From contig NC_087252.1 in the NCBI RefSeq assembly GCF_037042905.1, positions 21,144,001 through 21,208,000 on the forward strand: a stretch of 64,000 nucleotides of DNA, given 5' to 3'. Every line of letters starts with the position of its first letter. Position 1 is the first letter of the stretch. This document shows, one piece after another, positions 27,776 to 41,998 of the stretch. The notes under the pieces are model-generated. The model did not search any database and was not told the origin of the DNA. It saw nothing but the letters and a program-made list of their open reading frames with translations. The DNA comes from Lytechinus pictus (Eukaryota). The position numbers and the translations under genes are program-made.

Positions 27776-29239
27776 CTAGGTGAATATCATAGGTGAAAAA
27801 CAAAATGAATTTGAGTTTGAGAAAATTATTTATCCAAATAAAATTTGTTCTGCCTTTTACTGTAACTTGGAAAAATTGGCAAGCTTAATGAGAGGTATAC
27901 CAGATACCATGACACATAGTTCAATTAAAAATGAATTTGAATGACTGGAACGCTCATATTTTTATGAATTTTTTAAAACTTTCATTAAATTTGTATAACT
28001 TCGAACGAAAGAGACACTCGGAAATAATTATGAGTTAAATATCACGACACCCGGTTGCAATTAGACTAGAACATTCGGTTTTGTATTTTTTTTAAAGATA
28101 AATCATGAAAAAGAACGTTATCAGAATAAAATTGGAGATAAGAAAATATTTTGTTGAATTTTCTATATGTGCTAAAGGTATGTCAGCATAGTTGAAACGT
28201 ATACTTTCTGTCATAAAGGAGGTGACTAAGGGCCTGTTTACACGTGAATCTTGAATCATCATTGTTATGATGATTGCTATTGTAATCGTGACTGTAGATT
28301 AGCATTCGTGATTCTAATCATGTTCTAGTTTGGTTTCACACGTGCTAAATATTCGTCATTAGCCGTATTTTCACTGGAATCATCATTCAAATTACGATTT
28401 TTACCGTGTGAAAGGGCGGTAAACCACGAATCTAGTTCAACTTAAAAAATCATATGAAGAGCTTGATTCCAAAAGTGGCTCAATCCACTTTTGACCAAAA
28501 TTGATTTTTTTTTTTTTTTTAAATATATTTATCTTAGACGTGGGAATCAAATGCAACATATCGGATTTGAAAAAAAAAATGAAAAAGTTGGTAAAAATTT
28601 ATTGCAAATTTGAGTTTTGTTCCAAAAGGAGCTAAATCCACTATACGGTTATTTAAAACTTGTTATTGTTTATATTTTACATAAAATTATGCATTCATTT
28701 TTGATATATGTTGTGGATACAAATTTACACCATCAGTGCAAATTTCGCTGAAAATAACATAATTTTACAATTTTTATGAATATGTTTGGATTTAGCTTCT
28801 TTTGGAATTGGATATCGAAAAGCCACCGTCCTGAGAAAAGATGAAAAAAAAATGTTTTTTTTTCTTTTTGTAATTTTCAATGGATAAACATCAGAAAAGA
28901 TGTGAAATGTACCAGGCTAGCCATATTCATGTGTTTTGTGTTCAATTTCCAATATCAAGCACGTTTAAATTGGCAAAAAATGACATTTTGCCTAGTTTTT
29001 GTTTCAAAAGGAGCTAAATCCATGAAAAATTAAATTTCAAAAATTCTTTAAAAAATGATAAAGAATGCTTGATTTTTCAAATCATTATTTAATTAATCAA
29101 AGATGATAGTACTATCATATATATCAAAATAAAACAGCAGTGGCTAAGGGAAAGTGGTGAATTAAAAAACCTTGATTTACAGGAAAACACCAAAAGTGGA
29201 TTTAGCTCCACTGTGAATATCATCTTCACAGACTCCACA

Positions 29240-29425
29240 CTATGTGTGCTGCACTCGACCCAGGTGAGGTAAATGGGTACCGGCAGGAAGTAATTCCTCA
29301 AAAAGTTGTGTGCACCTGAAAAGATAGCCTACCTAAGCCGGGTAATAATAATAGCAGGGCCCGCTGGTAGAAAAGTTTTCGGAACTGAAATGGCTACCCT
29401 GGGTAAATATACCGTTATATTATTA
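29240..29425 (+). mobile_element. SINE 3' portion; second copy on the minus strand at about 50720-50940
   Basis: gctgcactcgacccaggtgaggtaaatgggtacc...aataatagcagggccc...accctgggtaaatat..gttat is shared by both loci. Confidence 0.7.
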
Positions 29426-30574
29426 AACTGTAAACACTAACAATGTAGAGTTGTGTACAGTGTGAAACATATCTACACATAGTCCACACTATGTGTATAC
29501 AAACTGTAAAAACTAACACTGCAGAGTTGTCCACAGTGCGAATATTATTTTCATAGAGTTCACACTATGTAAACACACTGTAAACGCTTGAGGACTTGAG
29601 GTGTCCACAGAATGAATCACATCTTCACAGAGTCTAATATATGTGTACACACTGTGATGAGTCACACTGCAGAGTTGTGCACAGTGTGAATATCATCGTT
29701 GCTGAGTCTACATTATGTGGACACTGCAATTCATTGCAAACCTTTGTTTTACGGAGCCCTGGTCTTTTTTCTTCTTCAATGAAGGGGGGGGGGCAGTGCT
29801 TGCCCCCATCGCTCTTTTGTGCTCCTTCTGTTTATGCTATCTAATGCCAATATAAATAGTCGTTGATATTGTCATGAAACTAGGAATCATTTAATCAAAT
29901 ACTAAATAAACGTATAATAATCATGAATATATTCTAAAGATTTAAGCGTGAGGCAAAACTGAGTCTTTATGATATCGTCTTGGCAGCTGCGACAGTATTT
30001 AAGATTAAATAAGCATTTAACCACCCTTCTTCCAAAAGAGCATGAAACTACTTCTGCTAAATAGACAATTTCCAAAAGCACAACTACTCAATGATCCCTA
30101 CAAATAATCCACAATACTTAAACATTTCTTTAAAATCAAATTATGAAACCAAAAATGGGTTGTGGTAACTGATTATTTCAATACAGTTGTATAAGTGTTA
30201 TTTCCTTACAACATTGTTCATCAAAAGTGGCACGGAGTTAATAGAATATGAACAAAGCATCGTAATTGATTTTTTAAAATCTTGTATAGGAGACAGTATA
30301 GTTTATTTTGATAGGCAATTAAGCTATGATCGAAACCGCGACAACATCAGAATACATTGTATAGACACAGGACAATTGTAGACTGACTTGTCAATTCTAC
30401 AGGCGGCGAGATGCAGGCATGGATAACAAAAGCCGATTGAATCATGTTGAGGGGGGGGGGGGAGTCATGCAATCTTTACCCCTACTTTTTATTTAACAAT
30501 AGAAAATGACGATGGCAACGATGAATTCACATGCATGAATGACATTAATGGCATTGGTGATAATGATGATGATG

Positions 30575-31190
30575 ATGATAATAATAATAATAATAGTATT
30601 CAGTTCTTTTATAGCGCATAACACATAGCAATGCATGTCCCTATGCACTTGGATGAAATTAAGGAAAGAAATTAGAGAGTAAGTAAAGAGTGTTGGGCAC
30701 TCAGTTCATTACAAGTTAAACAGATACTTTTTAGGGAAGTCTTAAACTTATCTAAATCATGAATATTTCTCATATAATTGGAAAGTGCATTCCATAAGAC
30801 GGAAGAGGCATGTGCAAATGAGCGCTCACCATATGTTTTGGTAACAATGGGAGGAATAGCAAACAGCTGCTTTGTGCTTGATCTTAGAGTACGAGTAGTC
30901 TGATGTAAAGTTAATAATTCGGTTAAATATGATGGAGCTATCTCATGGAAGCATTCATATGCAAAAACTAATAATTTGAAAGAAATACGAGAATGAACAG
31001 GAAGCCAATGTAAGTTTCGTAGTACAGGGGTGATTGATTCATATTTTCGAGTTTGAGTAACTAATCTTGCAGCAGAGTTTTGGATAGTCTGTAGTTTCTT
31101 TATTTGTCGCTGTGGTAAACCGAAAATAAGGCTGTTACAGAAATCAATATGACAGAGAACAAATGCATGTATTAGTTTTTCTGTTGTATT
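30575..31190 (-). mobile_element. 5'-truncated L2-clade LINE fragment in a (GAT)n tract
   Basis: TEKLIHAFVLCHIDFCNSL..LQTIQNSAARLV..ITPVLRNLHWLPV..GERSFA is the L2 ORF2 C-terminus; tail gcgctataaaag..(tat)n. Confidence 0.9.
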
Positions 31191-32001
31191 TTTATGATGA
31201 TGATGATGATGATGGCGTTGGTGATGACGATGTTGATGAAAACAATGGTGATGTGGGTGCACAGTGGTGATAATGATAATGATTATGATGACGAGGGTGG
31301 TGTTTAACAAAAAGGACATGGTAAAAACTATGATGTTAATTATATGACAATGAGTAAGCTTCTGCAGCTGCAGCAGATATCATTGAAATGACATAAATGT
31401 TGTTAATAATGATGATGATGTTTCTAATGATACAAGGATGGTGATGATGATGATGACGATAGTGGTGTTGTTGTTGAAGTTGATGATGATGACATTGACG
31501 GCAACGACAATAAGACTAAATGATAAAGCAGATCGAAAAAAATACAGATATGTATACTCGAATTCACTGCTCAATCACCGGTAGACACTGTACTTTCATT
31601 CATATTCTTTGTAATAATTTTAGTGATCTTATACCATACACATTATGTTACAATATTCTTGATTTTCTTGGGAACCAATTAATTCATAAGCCAAATGCAA
31701 AAAAAATCAGTATAATTTTCAGACTGAAGTTAGATAGTTAGTTAGACAAAGAGATAGATAAATCAATTTTATTTTCACACGGTAAAAACCCCAAACAGAT
31801 CCAGATTCCGATTTGGATTGTGGGCGTGACATGAATAGATATATACAAAGTAAAAGCTGCACATCTGAACATGTTCCACTGTGTGAATTCTTCAGGCTAC
31901 CTTACCTGTACATACATTATGTTTATGTCACAGGGAATTGTACAGGCAATAAGAAATTGCAAGATTTGAGCAAGCCCCTTGCGTTGAGCGAGTATACTTA
32001 C

Positions 32002-32259
32002 TAAATGGACGTGATGGTGGACTGCTGCACAATCCTCGACCACTGCTAACTAGCCTAAAGTCTGAAACATGTTCTATGGACGTATTTATGTACCGAAGTT
32101 TGTTCCCAAGTTCAAGGCAATTGCTCAGAGAGCAGTTGTCCCTTTGGTCCTGTGTCTTGACGACGGAGAAGCAGAGATCATCGGGGATGGTATTGTTGAC
32201 TGGTAGCATACGCGATATCTTCAACTTCGAATTTTCTAGAGAAAATGTCATGATGACGC
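32002..32259 (-). CDS. Receptor gene A exon 6: juxtamembrane Cys-containing domain (degenerate FN3 or RPTP-stalk-like)
   Basis: ccttacag|GC...TTT A|gtaagt; 258 nt, phase 1-1, open: VIMTFSLENSKLKISRMLPVNNTIPDDLCFSVV...GLCSSPPSRPF. Confidence 0.8.
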
Positions 32260-33262
32260 CTGTAAGGAAGATTCAACAAATCAATGCGATGGGATCTTAT
32301 GTAATTGATTTGTTTAAAAAATGATAAATGATATTGTATGCATTAAAGCAGAAACGAACTAGCATAGTCTTAAAAGCGCCATCTCAAGTCCTCAACTACT
32401 CAAATCTGGCCATGTTCCTAACCCACAATGCAATATTCCTAGCAGTGTAGTCTTGTAATACAGTCCCACTTAAATAATAATATTCTAATTCATTACTCAA
32501 TACATAATTTTATACGAAATTCTTATGTTACCAAGTACTTTCCGCTTAAAACATTTTAAATTAAATTACAACATTCTAATATATTACTCTCAATACATTT
32601 ATACGGAAGTAATTATGTTACAGAGTTACTTTCCGCATATAAAATTTTAACATCTCTATAATATATATTTTTTGGTCATATTATGACTAAAAAAATAGGC
32701 AAAATTTTCAGCAATCTATGACACACAATCCATGAGAGACCACACACGTTGCTCACTTCGCCACTCCCCTTTGAAAGGAAATGGAGAACAACGATGCTGC
32801 TCTGTGCCCCCCACCAAAAAAAAAAAAAAAAAAAAAAAAAAACTCGATGAATGTTTGGAGACGAAGTGAAGAGAGGTTTTATAAAAAAAAATGAAACATT
32901 CGAAATGATAAAGATGATATGGCCTACTACATACCCTCAATGAATGAATAATAATAAACAATAAAATGAAAATAAGTAATAAATAATCAATTCACTTCCT
33001 TGTAAAAACAAGGAAGTAAATAAATTAGTAAACAAATAAATAAATAGATAAAGGAGAAGCAAAAGAGAACTTAAATGGCTTATGTATTGATACATGTACG
33101 TGATACCATTTAGGAGAGAAAAAGAGGCAGTCACAGAGAGAGAGCAAAAGAGAGAGAGGGGAGGGAGACAGACAGGCAGAAAGAGAGAGAGGGAGAGATA
33201 GAGGAGAGAGGGAGGGGGAGAGAGAGAGGGGTGGCAGGAGAAGGAAAAAGGGGCGGGTTAAG

Positions 33263-33806
33263 CCCAGGGGGGGCACTCGACCAAAAAAGTGGTAGGGGTG
33301 AGCCGCGGGCGAGGCAAAAAACGGGGGCCTTGGAGCGGGCTTATTGTAAAAAGGAGGGTCCTCGGAACGGGCTTCGGAACTACAAATGTGTTTGAAAACG
33401 GGGGTCCTCGGAACGGATCTCCGTATCTCTGTGAGTGCGTATGCATCCCTATGGAACGGGCAATCGTGCATGACGCAGCTAGCGCGGCCTCCGCCGGGTG
33501 CGCTCGCGCTTAGGCGATGGTCGAAAAGCGCTATACGGCCGCTTTTCACCAAAATTGCAGCTCCTTGTAGCAGATCAATGCGACCGGAACGGCGTAACGA
33601 AAAATATGCGAAGCTTTGGAACGGATTTCTTTCTTCTTTTTTCTCGATAAGAAGGAAATGCTATGCCTTGGAGCGGCATTCTTTGTTCTTTTTCTCAAAA
33701 AAGGCAAAAATGCTATGCCTTGGAACGGAAATTTGAGTGTAAAAATGGGGGTCCCCTCCGCGGCACATACCCACTATGCATTATATACTGAGTGCCCCCC
33801 CCCGGG
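33263..33806. mobile_element. Non-autonomous DNA transposon with an 8-bp TSD
   Basis: gggttaag|cccaggggggggcactc...gagtgcccccccccggg|gggttaag. Confidence 0.85.
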
Positions 33807-34461
33807 GGGTTAAGTGGGAGTTATTGAAGCATCCCTCCCATCATTATTCTCATTTCCCCCATGGTTATAGAAGACATGAAAACCAGACTACACACCCATT
33901 CAACGCACACGATTCACGAGATTTCTTTTAAGCAAATATTAATTGCTCTCAAATGTTAAAGGGTGATATATACAAAACAGATACAGAAAGACAAAAACTG
34001 CTTTCGAGAAAACCACAACTTACAATGCACGTATTATATCTTGTAAACAGTTAAACTTTATGTTTGCTAATGAATACTGCCGTAATCTGTAAGTTTCGTT
34101 CACAAGGAAATCCTTGACCGGGACCCGCCTTAGAAATAGTTGCGATTGATCCGATCAACCATAACTATATGGACAGCCAACTACGCCAAATTCTAAAATG
34201 CATGTTTGTTCAAATTTTTATCTAGATATGATGCATTATCATACAATCATCGTCTTGACAATCTGGTGTGCCCTTCTTTGTTTCTCTTTGTTTACAATGG
34301 ACATTGTGCAAATTTCCTGTAGGGAAAATTATGACATTGATGGATTTTCATATAGGCCTAGTTGGAAACTTGGAAAGTGAGGTCAAGTCATTAATAAAGT
34401 CAGGATAGTGCAAGAAGTGATAACATCGTTAGTGGCTAAAAAAAACAAGGAAATAACTTAC

Positions 34462-34482
34462 CATAATATTCTGGCTTGGGTG
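34462..34482 (-). CDS. Receptor gene A exon 5: 21-nt microexon (PPKPEYY)
   Basis: cttttag|CACCCAAGCCAGAATATTATG|gtaagt, phase 1-1; conserved with both splice sites in the paralogue at 61808-61828. Confidence 0.75.
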
Positions 34483-34752
34483 CTAAAAGTGTGGAAGAAA
34501 AAATAGACTGATCATTCACAGATCAGTGGATATTGTTGAGTAACTCATAGTACATTATCCGAATCTGCCTTTTAAAGAAACCTTTGATTTGACGTAAATG
34601 ACAATAAAATGAATTGAATTCTGTGAAAAACACCCACCAGTTTTAACATCGTGCTACAAAGAAAGGCACAATTTCACTGATACAGCAGGGAGGAGAAAAA
34701 CAAGAGAGACAGAATAGATATATATACCTGTATATATATATATCATACATAC

Positions 34753-34791
<39 letters not shown>

Positions 34792-35059
34792 ATTTGTATG
34801 AGATAATTAAATAGATAGATAAATAGATAGAAATGTAGGTAGAGAGATTTGATTGATTTGAGTTGATTTTATATACCAATATAAAAACGAAGCATATAAA
34901 ATTACAACATAATATAATAAATGATAAAATAACATTGGATGGATCGCCCTACTCAGCTGAGCCATTACAGCACAACCGTTCTGCAGAGGGATCCAGATAG
35001 AGACACGGACGAAAGGAATGTGTGTGTTTGTGTATGAGGGGTGCGTGAGTGAGTGATTG

Positions 35060-35109
<50 letters not shown>

Positions 35110-35412
35110 CACGAGAGAGTGATATCTAGATGGTGATGGGAGACTCGAAAAGGAAATAGATGGGGAATAATAATAATGAAGAAATAAAATCTGCTCAGTA
35201 AGGGGGTACAGTCGTGGCGTGGGGTATCGACGCCAGTGTTATACGAGTTTCATTATTATTTATGTGGAATTTCTACCTTATGAAAATACTTTCGTAATCA
35301 AATGCACAGTTTCATTGTCAAACTACGTAGCATGGACATATGTACACTTATTTTTTTAATGGTTTTGATTAGAATACTAGTAAACCATTTATTAAATTAA
35401 TAAATTACTTAC

Positions 35413-35700
35413 GGGCAGTGGAAGTTAGCTTAGACGCCACCACTCCTCCACCTGTCAAATTCAGAGTCAGATAATACCACTGGAACGGTTCCAAGCCTGT
35501 TAGGTCATAACTAGTCCCGTTAACGCCAATCGGCTCATTGCAGACCCGACAGTTCCAAGGATCCGTTGTTTTCAAGATATCAGAGGACGCATGGCTGCAG
35601 TTGCAGTATTCAAGAGTAACGTTGTCAACGTCCCAAGAAAGGGTGAGACTGGACGACGTCACGTTTTCAACCCTAATTTCGCCAGATGGACTGAGGTCAC
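35413..35700 (-). CDS. Receptor gene A exon 4: fibronectin type III domain
   Basis: ttcttcag|GT...GCC C|gtaagt; 288 nt; VENVTSSSLTLSW...YDLTGLEPFQWYYLTL FN3 signature. Confidence 0.9.
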
Positions 35701-37984
35701 CTGAAGAATATACAAGAAAAAAATTATCGTAATGACATTAACTGGATTTAAAAGTGATCAATGTGATATCCAAGAATAAGAAATATATGCTACACAAAAT
35801 ACACACTATCAATCCACTAAAGAACCTACACTAGTTACCGATACGGCAGAGAATATATAGCTTTCAAAATTTTACTAATTCAAAGCACTTCCTGGTCATG
35901 CAAGCTCTACATCACAGAATTGTCAAGTTATACTTCAGTCATCATGGTTGCAATTTGCGCATTTCAATAGATTCACTCTTTTTACAGATCCCATTCTTTA
36001 AAAAAAATGACGCCCGGTGATCGAGCATTTGCTTGTGTTAGCCCCCAAACTATGGAATAGTTCACCCCTGGAAGTCAATAAAGCGCCATCAGTAAAGAAC
36101 TGCAAATCATAAACTCAATATAGTTACAATATATACCTTAGGGACTAGTTTCTGCGTTCTATAAATCAATACATCATAATCATCATAATCATCATCATCA
36201 TCATCATCATCGTCATCGTCATCGTCATCAATATTATTATTATTAGTATGGTTATTATTATTATGTTACCAGCCACTCCAAAAACGAACAGTAAGTCGAT
36301 AGGAAAGTTCTCTGTAAATATACAAAATTGCAAAAAAAAACCAAAAGGCAAAAACAGTAATTGGTTTTTCTGAGTTATAATTCTTCTAACATACTTTTTA
36401 ATTTTTAAAATATGAATGTAAAGTTGAAATAAAAAACAAGATACAAGATTTATTTGACAGCATTTCTCGCGGATTGCTTGGAAAAGTTTCACTGAGATCG
36501 TACAATGTCCACATTTTATGCTCGAGAGACTAAGCCCAAAACTTCAAAGTTTGTTTTCTCTTTATATTTTGAAACCGTCGCTGACCTTTTCCTGCATTCA
36601 AACAAGTATTTGTGAGGGCTGTTGTTCATCACCTTTTACAAGTTTTATATCAATTCAAAGCCTATCATGTACATTTTTCAAGCTCACTGAAAATCTCAAA
36701 CTTAATTTGGGCGACTTATTTTTGGTTTTAAGTTCGCTGGTCCCTTATTATACTCAAATTATTATTAAAAAAAAATTAATTAACTATTTTTTTCTCAAAA
36801 CAGTCCCACCATCAAAATATCGCCAATGTTTGGCTATGTCATTAAGATTAACATAATAAGATTTACCGGTCGGGAGCCAGTTTCACCACTGTAGATAGAT
36901 AAGATAGATGAATTTTATTTTCACATGGTAAAAACCCAAACAGATACATAGTTACATTGCATTGGGGTCGTGCCATAAATGAAATATACAAAGTAAAAGG
37001 CACCCAATCTCAATTCATGAATAAGACATAAAACTTAATAATCACAATTCTAACAGAGTAATGAATACAAATGGGTACAGTTTATACCAATAATTACATA
37101 TTATAATCAAATATAAAGTTAAAATCGTACAACACACCTTAGGTATGAATGCACAATATAGATAATAGAACGTCCTTTTAGTTTTAGGACTAGATATTGC
37201 TCAAATACATAATTATAAATTGGATCATTTGAATTTACTGAAATAATCCCTATAATAACGACACTGGACACTCACACACTCAGCCATACACACCCACATA
37301 GGCTATACATCCCCCACATACCCTCATCAACATCATCATCAAGTCAGACCCCCTATCAGGAGCGGATCCAGGATTTTCCAAGGGGGGGGGGCACTTTTTC
37401 CCCGAGGAAAATTTGACAAGTAAAAAAAAGAGAAAAAAGGCTTTCAGCCAAAAATAAACGTAATTTCGCCAACATTAAATTTGAAAAGCAAAAAAAGAGG
37501 TTTTCACGTCAAAACAAAAGTAATTTCGTCCACATTAAATTTGACAAGCAAAAAAAAAAAAAAAAATAGGAAGAAAAAAAAGAGGTCCTCACTTGTGTAT
37601 GGACGAGATATTCCCATTAAAATACATGCTGTGACTTTCAAGGGGGGGGGGGGGGCTATAGGGTTAGGGTTAGGGTAAGGTATACAAAATGATGCAAAGG
37701 AACAATGCAGAACAAAAAAAAATGCAAACTAAGGCGAGAGACTCCCCCACAACCCCCCCCCCTCTTTGTCCATCATTTCCTTAAAATTAGTAAAGCCCTT
37801 TTGAAACTGTTAGTAGTATTATGTACATTGTTGCAGTTGAATAGGGAGTGAGTTCCAGCATGAAGCCCCCCCCCCCCCCCCCCCACCCCCGCCGAACATA
37901 AAAGATATCTTACAAGATTCGGTTCTTGCTTGTGGAATATTTAGGGTTACTGTGACTGTAGCAATAGTCAAATTGATCACTTAC

Positions 37985-38302
37985 CTTCGATATTCAAGAT
38001 TACAGATGCATTTCGGGATTTCCAAACATTTGGCACAGAAGGAGACACTCTACATGTCAGGTTCTCTCCATGATTTTTCGCCGTTGGCGTGAACAAAAGA
38101 CAACTGGTTGCGTTGATGAGACTTGATACGTCGTCTTGGTTGGAGTGAATAGTCGCGTTCATTGTGATGTTCACTTCACCAGGTCCAAGGAACCATTCAA
38201 TGATAGGTGCAGGGTAGACGTTGTAGATTGTGCAGTTCTGCATGCTAGTTTGCCCAACAGTCAAAGTATCAGGGGTTGAGATCATTGGTAACCCTTCTGG
38301 AC
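37985..38302 (-). CDS. Receptor gene A exon 3: immunoglobulin domain (C2-set_2/C1-like)
   Basis: cattatag|GT...GAA G|gtaagt; 318 nt; C-TIYNVYPAPIIEW...SCLLFTPTAKNHGENLTCRV. Confidence 0.9.
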
Positions 38303-39639
38303 CTATAATGCAAACAATAACATACAATGGTAATATATAAGTAGCAAAATGTCAATGGAACACCAAAACAAGTATTTGAGACAAAAAGTATAGCACGACA
38401 TGACGCAAAATAGCATCAAATCAGGTTTTGATTTATTTATTTCTATTCATTTTTTTTACATTTTGACTAATATAATGCCATTTTATTTTTCTATATAGCA
38501 AGGGCGAAGATATTTTCTTAATTTTACAACTACAAACATGGGCTGAAATCCCAGGGGGGACGCGCCACCCCAATTTTTTGAAGGGGGGGGGGTGGAGGAG
38601 ACACAATATAAAATGTCCCCCACTATTTTGTGGTCTTTTATAACAAAAAAATACATCATTCAAAATCGTAATAACAGATGTACAATTTAATTTCTAAATA
38701 TATATTATATCGATATACTTGGGTAGAAAAAAGCGTATCGGTTCGACAAGTCTCGAAATATGAAATATTCTAATTTTCTCCTCATTGTCAAGGGAAACAA
38801 CAATTAATTCCTCCCGAACATGTGTAATTAGTATTGTTTATGGTTCATATATGGTTCATTCAAGTTGGTCCTTATATATTGTCAAATCTGTAAAAAATGA
38901 AATATTGTATAATTCAAACAATACAAAACAAAAGAAATAGTGAGTGAGAGACATCATTGATTGTCTCAATTGCATGTCACTGAGTTGTGCATATCACTGT
39001 TTTGTGAAAAATGAGCGAAGTTTTAAAACGCCATAACTTTCTTATTTTACATCCGATTTTGATGAGATTTTCAGCATTCTGCTAGTTTGATTTTTCTCTT
39101 TCGCGCTTGCATAAATTATTTAGTTACATACCTATCTTGTTCATGATAAGAATATAGTGCATTATGTCAATGTGTTTCAATGTGTGTGTGTGTGTGTGTA
39201 TATATCTATGTAAAGAAATATCGTAAACTCAATTGTGTCCCCCCGCCTTTGAGGAGAGATTTCCGCCCGTGACTAGAAATCTAATAAAGTTAAAGCATCT
39301 CAATTCCAATGAATGACAATTATGAAATAATGTTATTTGTAATCAAATTTCAATTAGACTGTATTGACCAAGTTCTTATTCTTTTATTTCAGTTTTTGGA
39401 AAGTTTTAACATTTCTTGACTTATTCAAATTTCATTTTCAAATCCTTTTTTCTTTTTACTTTAACCAATTAACGTAATTTGTACCTATTAAGGGTTGATC
39501 GACACATCAACTTATATTTTTTTTCTTAAAATATGTCAAATATACATGGTTTCGGATTACGAACTCTTATAGAAGTACAACAAACACGTGATGATAAAAA
39601 AAATGATTACATTATTTTGAATTAAGATAAGCTACTTGC

Positions 39640-39846
39640 CATGTACGCAAAATGTTACGTTTGTCAGATTTCCAGTGGAGGTCTTAGTTACACAAACGAA
39701 TGCTGTCCAGATCTTGTAACCACTAAAAGAAGATCGCGACGGTTGTTTGGTGGAGGGGCAAATGATACCTCTCGGGTACTCTTGGAAGACATCCGTTGCA
39801 TTCTCTCCATCCACATCACAGTTGCTTGGATCCTCATTGGCATCAA
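39640..39846 (-). CDS. Receptor gene A exon 2: small N-terminal 4-Cys domain; GC splice donor
   Basis: acatttag|TT GAT GCC...CAT G|gcaagt; 207 nt open, phase 1-1; completes the signal peptide (V-D-A cleavage site). Confidence 0.75.
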
Positions 39847-40165
39847 CTAAATGTATATAAGATGGTACATAAACTTCAAACTGATATGCCCTTTATGAAG
39901 CAAAAACTATGGTTTTCATTGATGTAGATATTGAATATAATACCAAGTGAAAAAGTAGCAACCAAAATGTCACTCTATAAAACAAAATATTAAATCAACA
40001 ATCGAAAGGTTCGAGGAGCACCGTAACTACCTTTTCTTTAAATGGTTCGTTTTCGACCAACGCTTAGGTTGTTGGATTCAACTTTATGTAAGGGTAGATA
40101 TCATTTGAAAAAGGTTGTCACTTCCAAACCTTCAATTGTTGAATTAACATTCTATTTTTTTAGTA

Positions 40166-41164
40166 GAGGTGTGCTACACAGGGAATAAATAAGGGTGATG
40201 TTTCAAATTCCTTAGGGCACCAGCTTATTAGATGCAGTATCATCTCCTATGCATTTTGATACCATTTTTATTGGAATAGACCAAAAAATGAGAAAGTGCC
40301 GACCAAATATGTCATCTGGGTGGGCGTGGACCTGAATAGGCCAAATATGGGCGTGTCTGAGTGCATTTTAATAATCACTTGAATGTTCAGTATCCATATT
40401 TGGTGATTTTTGTGTTGATATGCATGTTTTCATATGTAATCCAATGAAACTATTACAATCAATGAAAGAGTTGATCTTTAGGGAAAATGTTAAATTTCTT
40501 ATCAATCTAAGTCATTTATTTGGCCACCAGGTCATGTGATCTTGAACACTGATCAGCAGACGGCCATTCCTTTGACATGCATGTACATATATACGTCATA
40601 TATTTCTTTGTTTTTTGACTTCTTGGTCTTTATTGCTTTTTAATAGAAATTGACAGCGATACTACTTCAGTCATAAATAACATGAAAAATCAATTGTTTT
40701 TTTAGTCCTTAAAAGTAATAAATAAAATAAAAAACAAACTTATAATTTTGAATACATAGAGAATTTGCACTTTGGGCCTGTCGTAATGTTGCATAACTTC
40801 AGAACTGAACACCAAAGTGTCGAAAATTTGGTCTAAAACTTGCGCAAGACTCGAAAGTAAAAAGTCAGCGAGAGGCGCTTAAAAAAAGCTTTAATTTACT
40901 GCAAAATAAATGTAAAAGTTAATGGACGGACGGACACCAAGCGTGATACAATAATACGTCCCGTCTAGGACGGGCGTATAAAAAATGCATAATATACACA
41001 TTTCCATATGGGACCAAATTGTTTTTGGGGCGACACCTTATCAATTTTGGACCGAGTTTGATAAATGAGGTATAGCAAAATACTCAGGAGAACACCCTTC
41101 TTTATATAAGCTGGTGCTCTATATAAGCAAACTGAAACATCACCATTTTATAGCCTACCTCTAT
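40166..41164. mobile_element. Degenerate DNA transposon or MITE
   Basis: Imperfect inverted ends tagaggt..gcta..ggtgatgtttca..gcaccagcttat. Confidence 0.5.
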
Positions 41165-41998
41165 ATAGAGTAGGCCTACTATTACCCCAAACAGAATTAT
41201 ATAACACCAACTAATTAACACTTTAAGGTCCTTAGGAATTTCAACTGGTGTCAGTTAACACCCCGACCGGATTTTACAGCGCTACACTTAAACATAACAT
41301 TAGTTGATATTTTCGGTTTTCTACCATGTCTACGTCAACACTTTACAAATGCTTACATAAATCCTAACACGGCTAAGCTCCCAAATAATGCTTTCAAAGC
41401 AACAACAAAGGCAACGTCAACAGCAACATCAACAACAACTATAAAATGAACGCGAAAATCAAATACCAAAAATAACGGCGTCATAATGATAACAAAACAG
41501 TCATAAAAATATCAAAAAAGTCCGAACTTAACTTATGCTTATTTAAAAGAAAATCAAAATCAATAGAAAATATTAGAAACTTTAAAAAGATGATCTCAAT
41601 TCGATAATGTTTCGACAGATACTCTATTGTACTGTGCACACCTTAAAGATGGCCAAAATGATTGAAAGCAATACACTTTGACAAGTATTTTATGATGTCA
41701 TTTTATTTAACATATGGGCGTATGCCATGAATACAGACGACTTAAAATTCATTTACACTTTCTGTACTTTGCTCGATAGCAATTGAAATAAAACTTGTAA
41801 TACAACAAATACGAAGCTACAATTCTCCTGATAATATTTGTCACGTTGCCTGCAGTGATATCTCGACATTAAGACACGTTTACTTCAAATTATTAATTTG
41901 TTTCCTCATAAGAACACCATTAACTCCTTTTGGTAACGAACAACTTCTATAGTTTGAACAGCTTATTCTAAGAATAATGTGACAGATTATATACTTAC

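Noticed and set aside
30672..31319. 215-aa ORF with a His-rich N-terminus
   Set aside because: A (CAT)n microsatellite fused by chance to an L2 fragment
33025..33813. Cluster of GC-rich overlapping ORFs
   Set aside because: Lies within a TIR element and a (GA)n tract; no protein features
37658..37676. (TTAGGG)n telomere-like run
   Set aside because: Only about 3 units at the edge of a MITE
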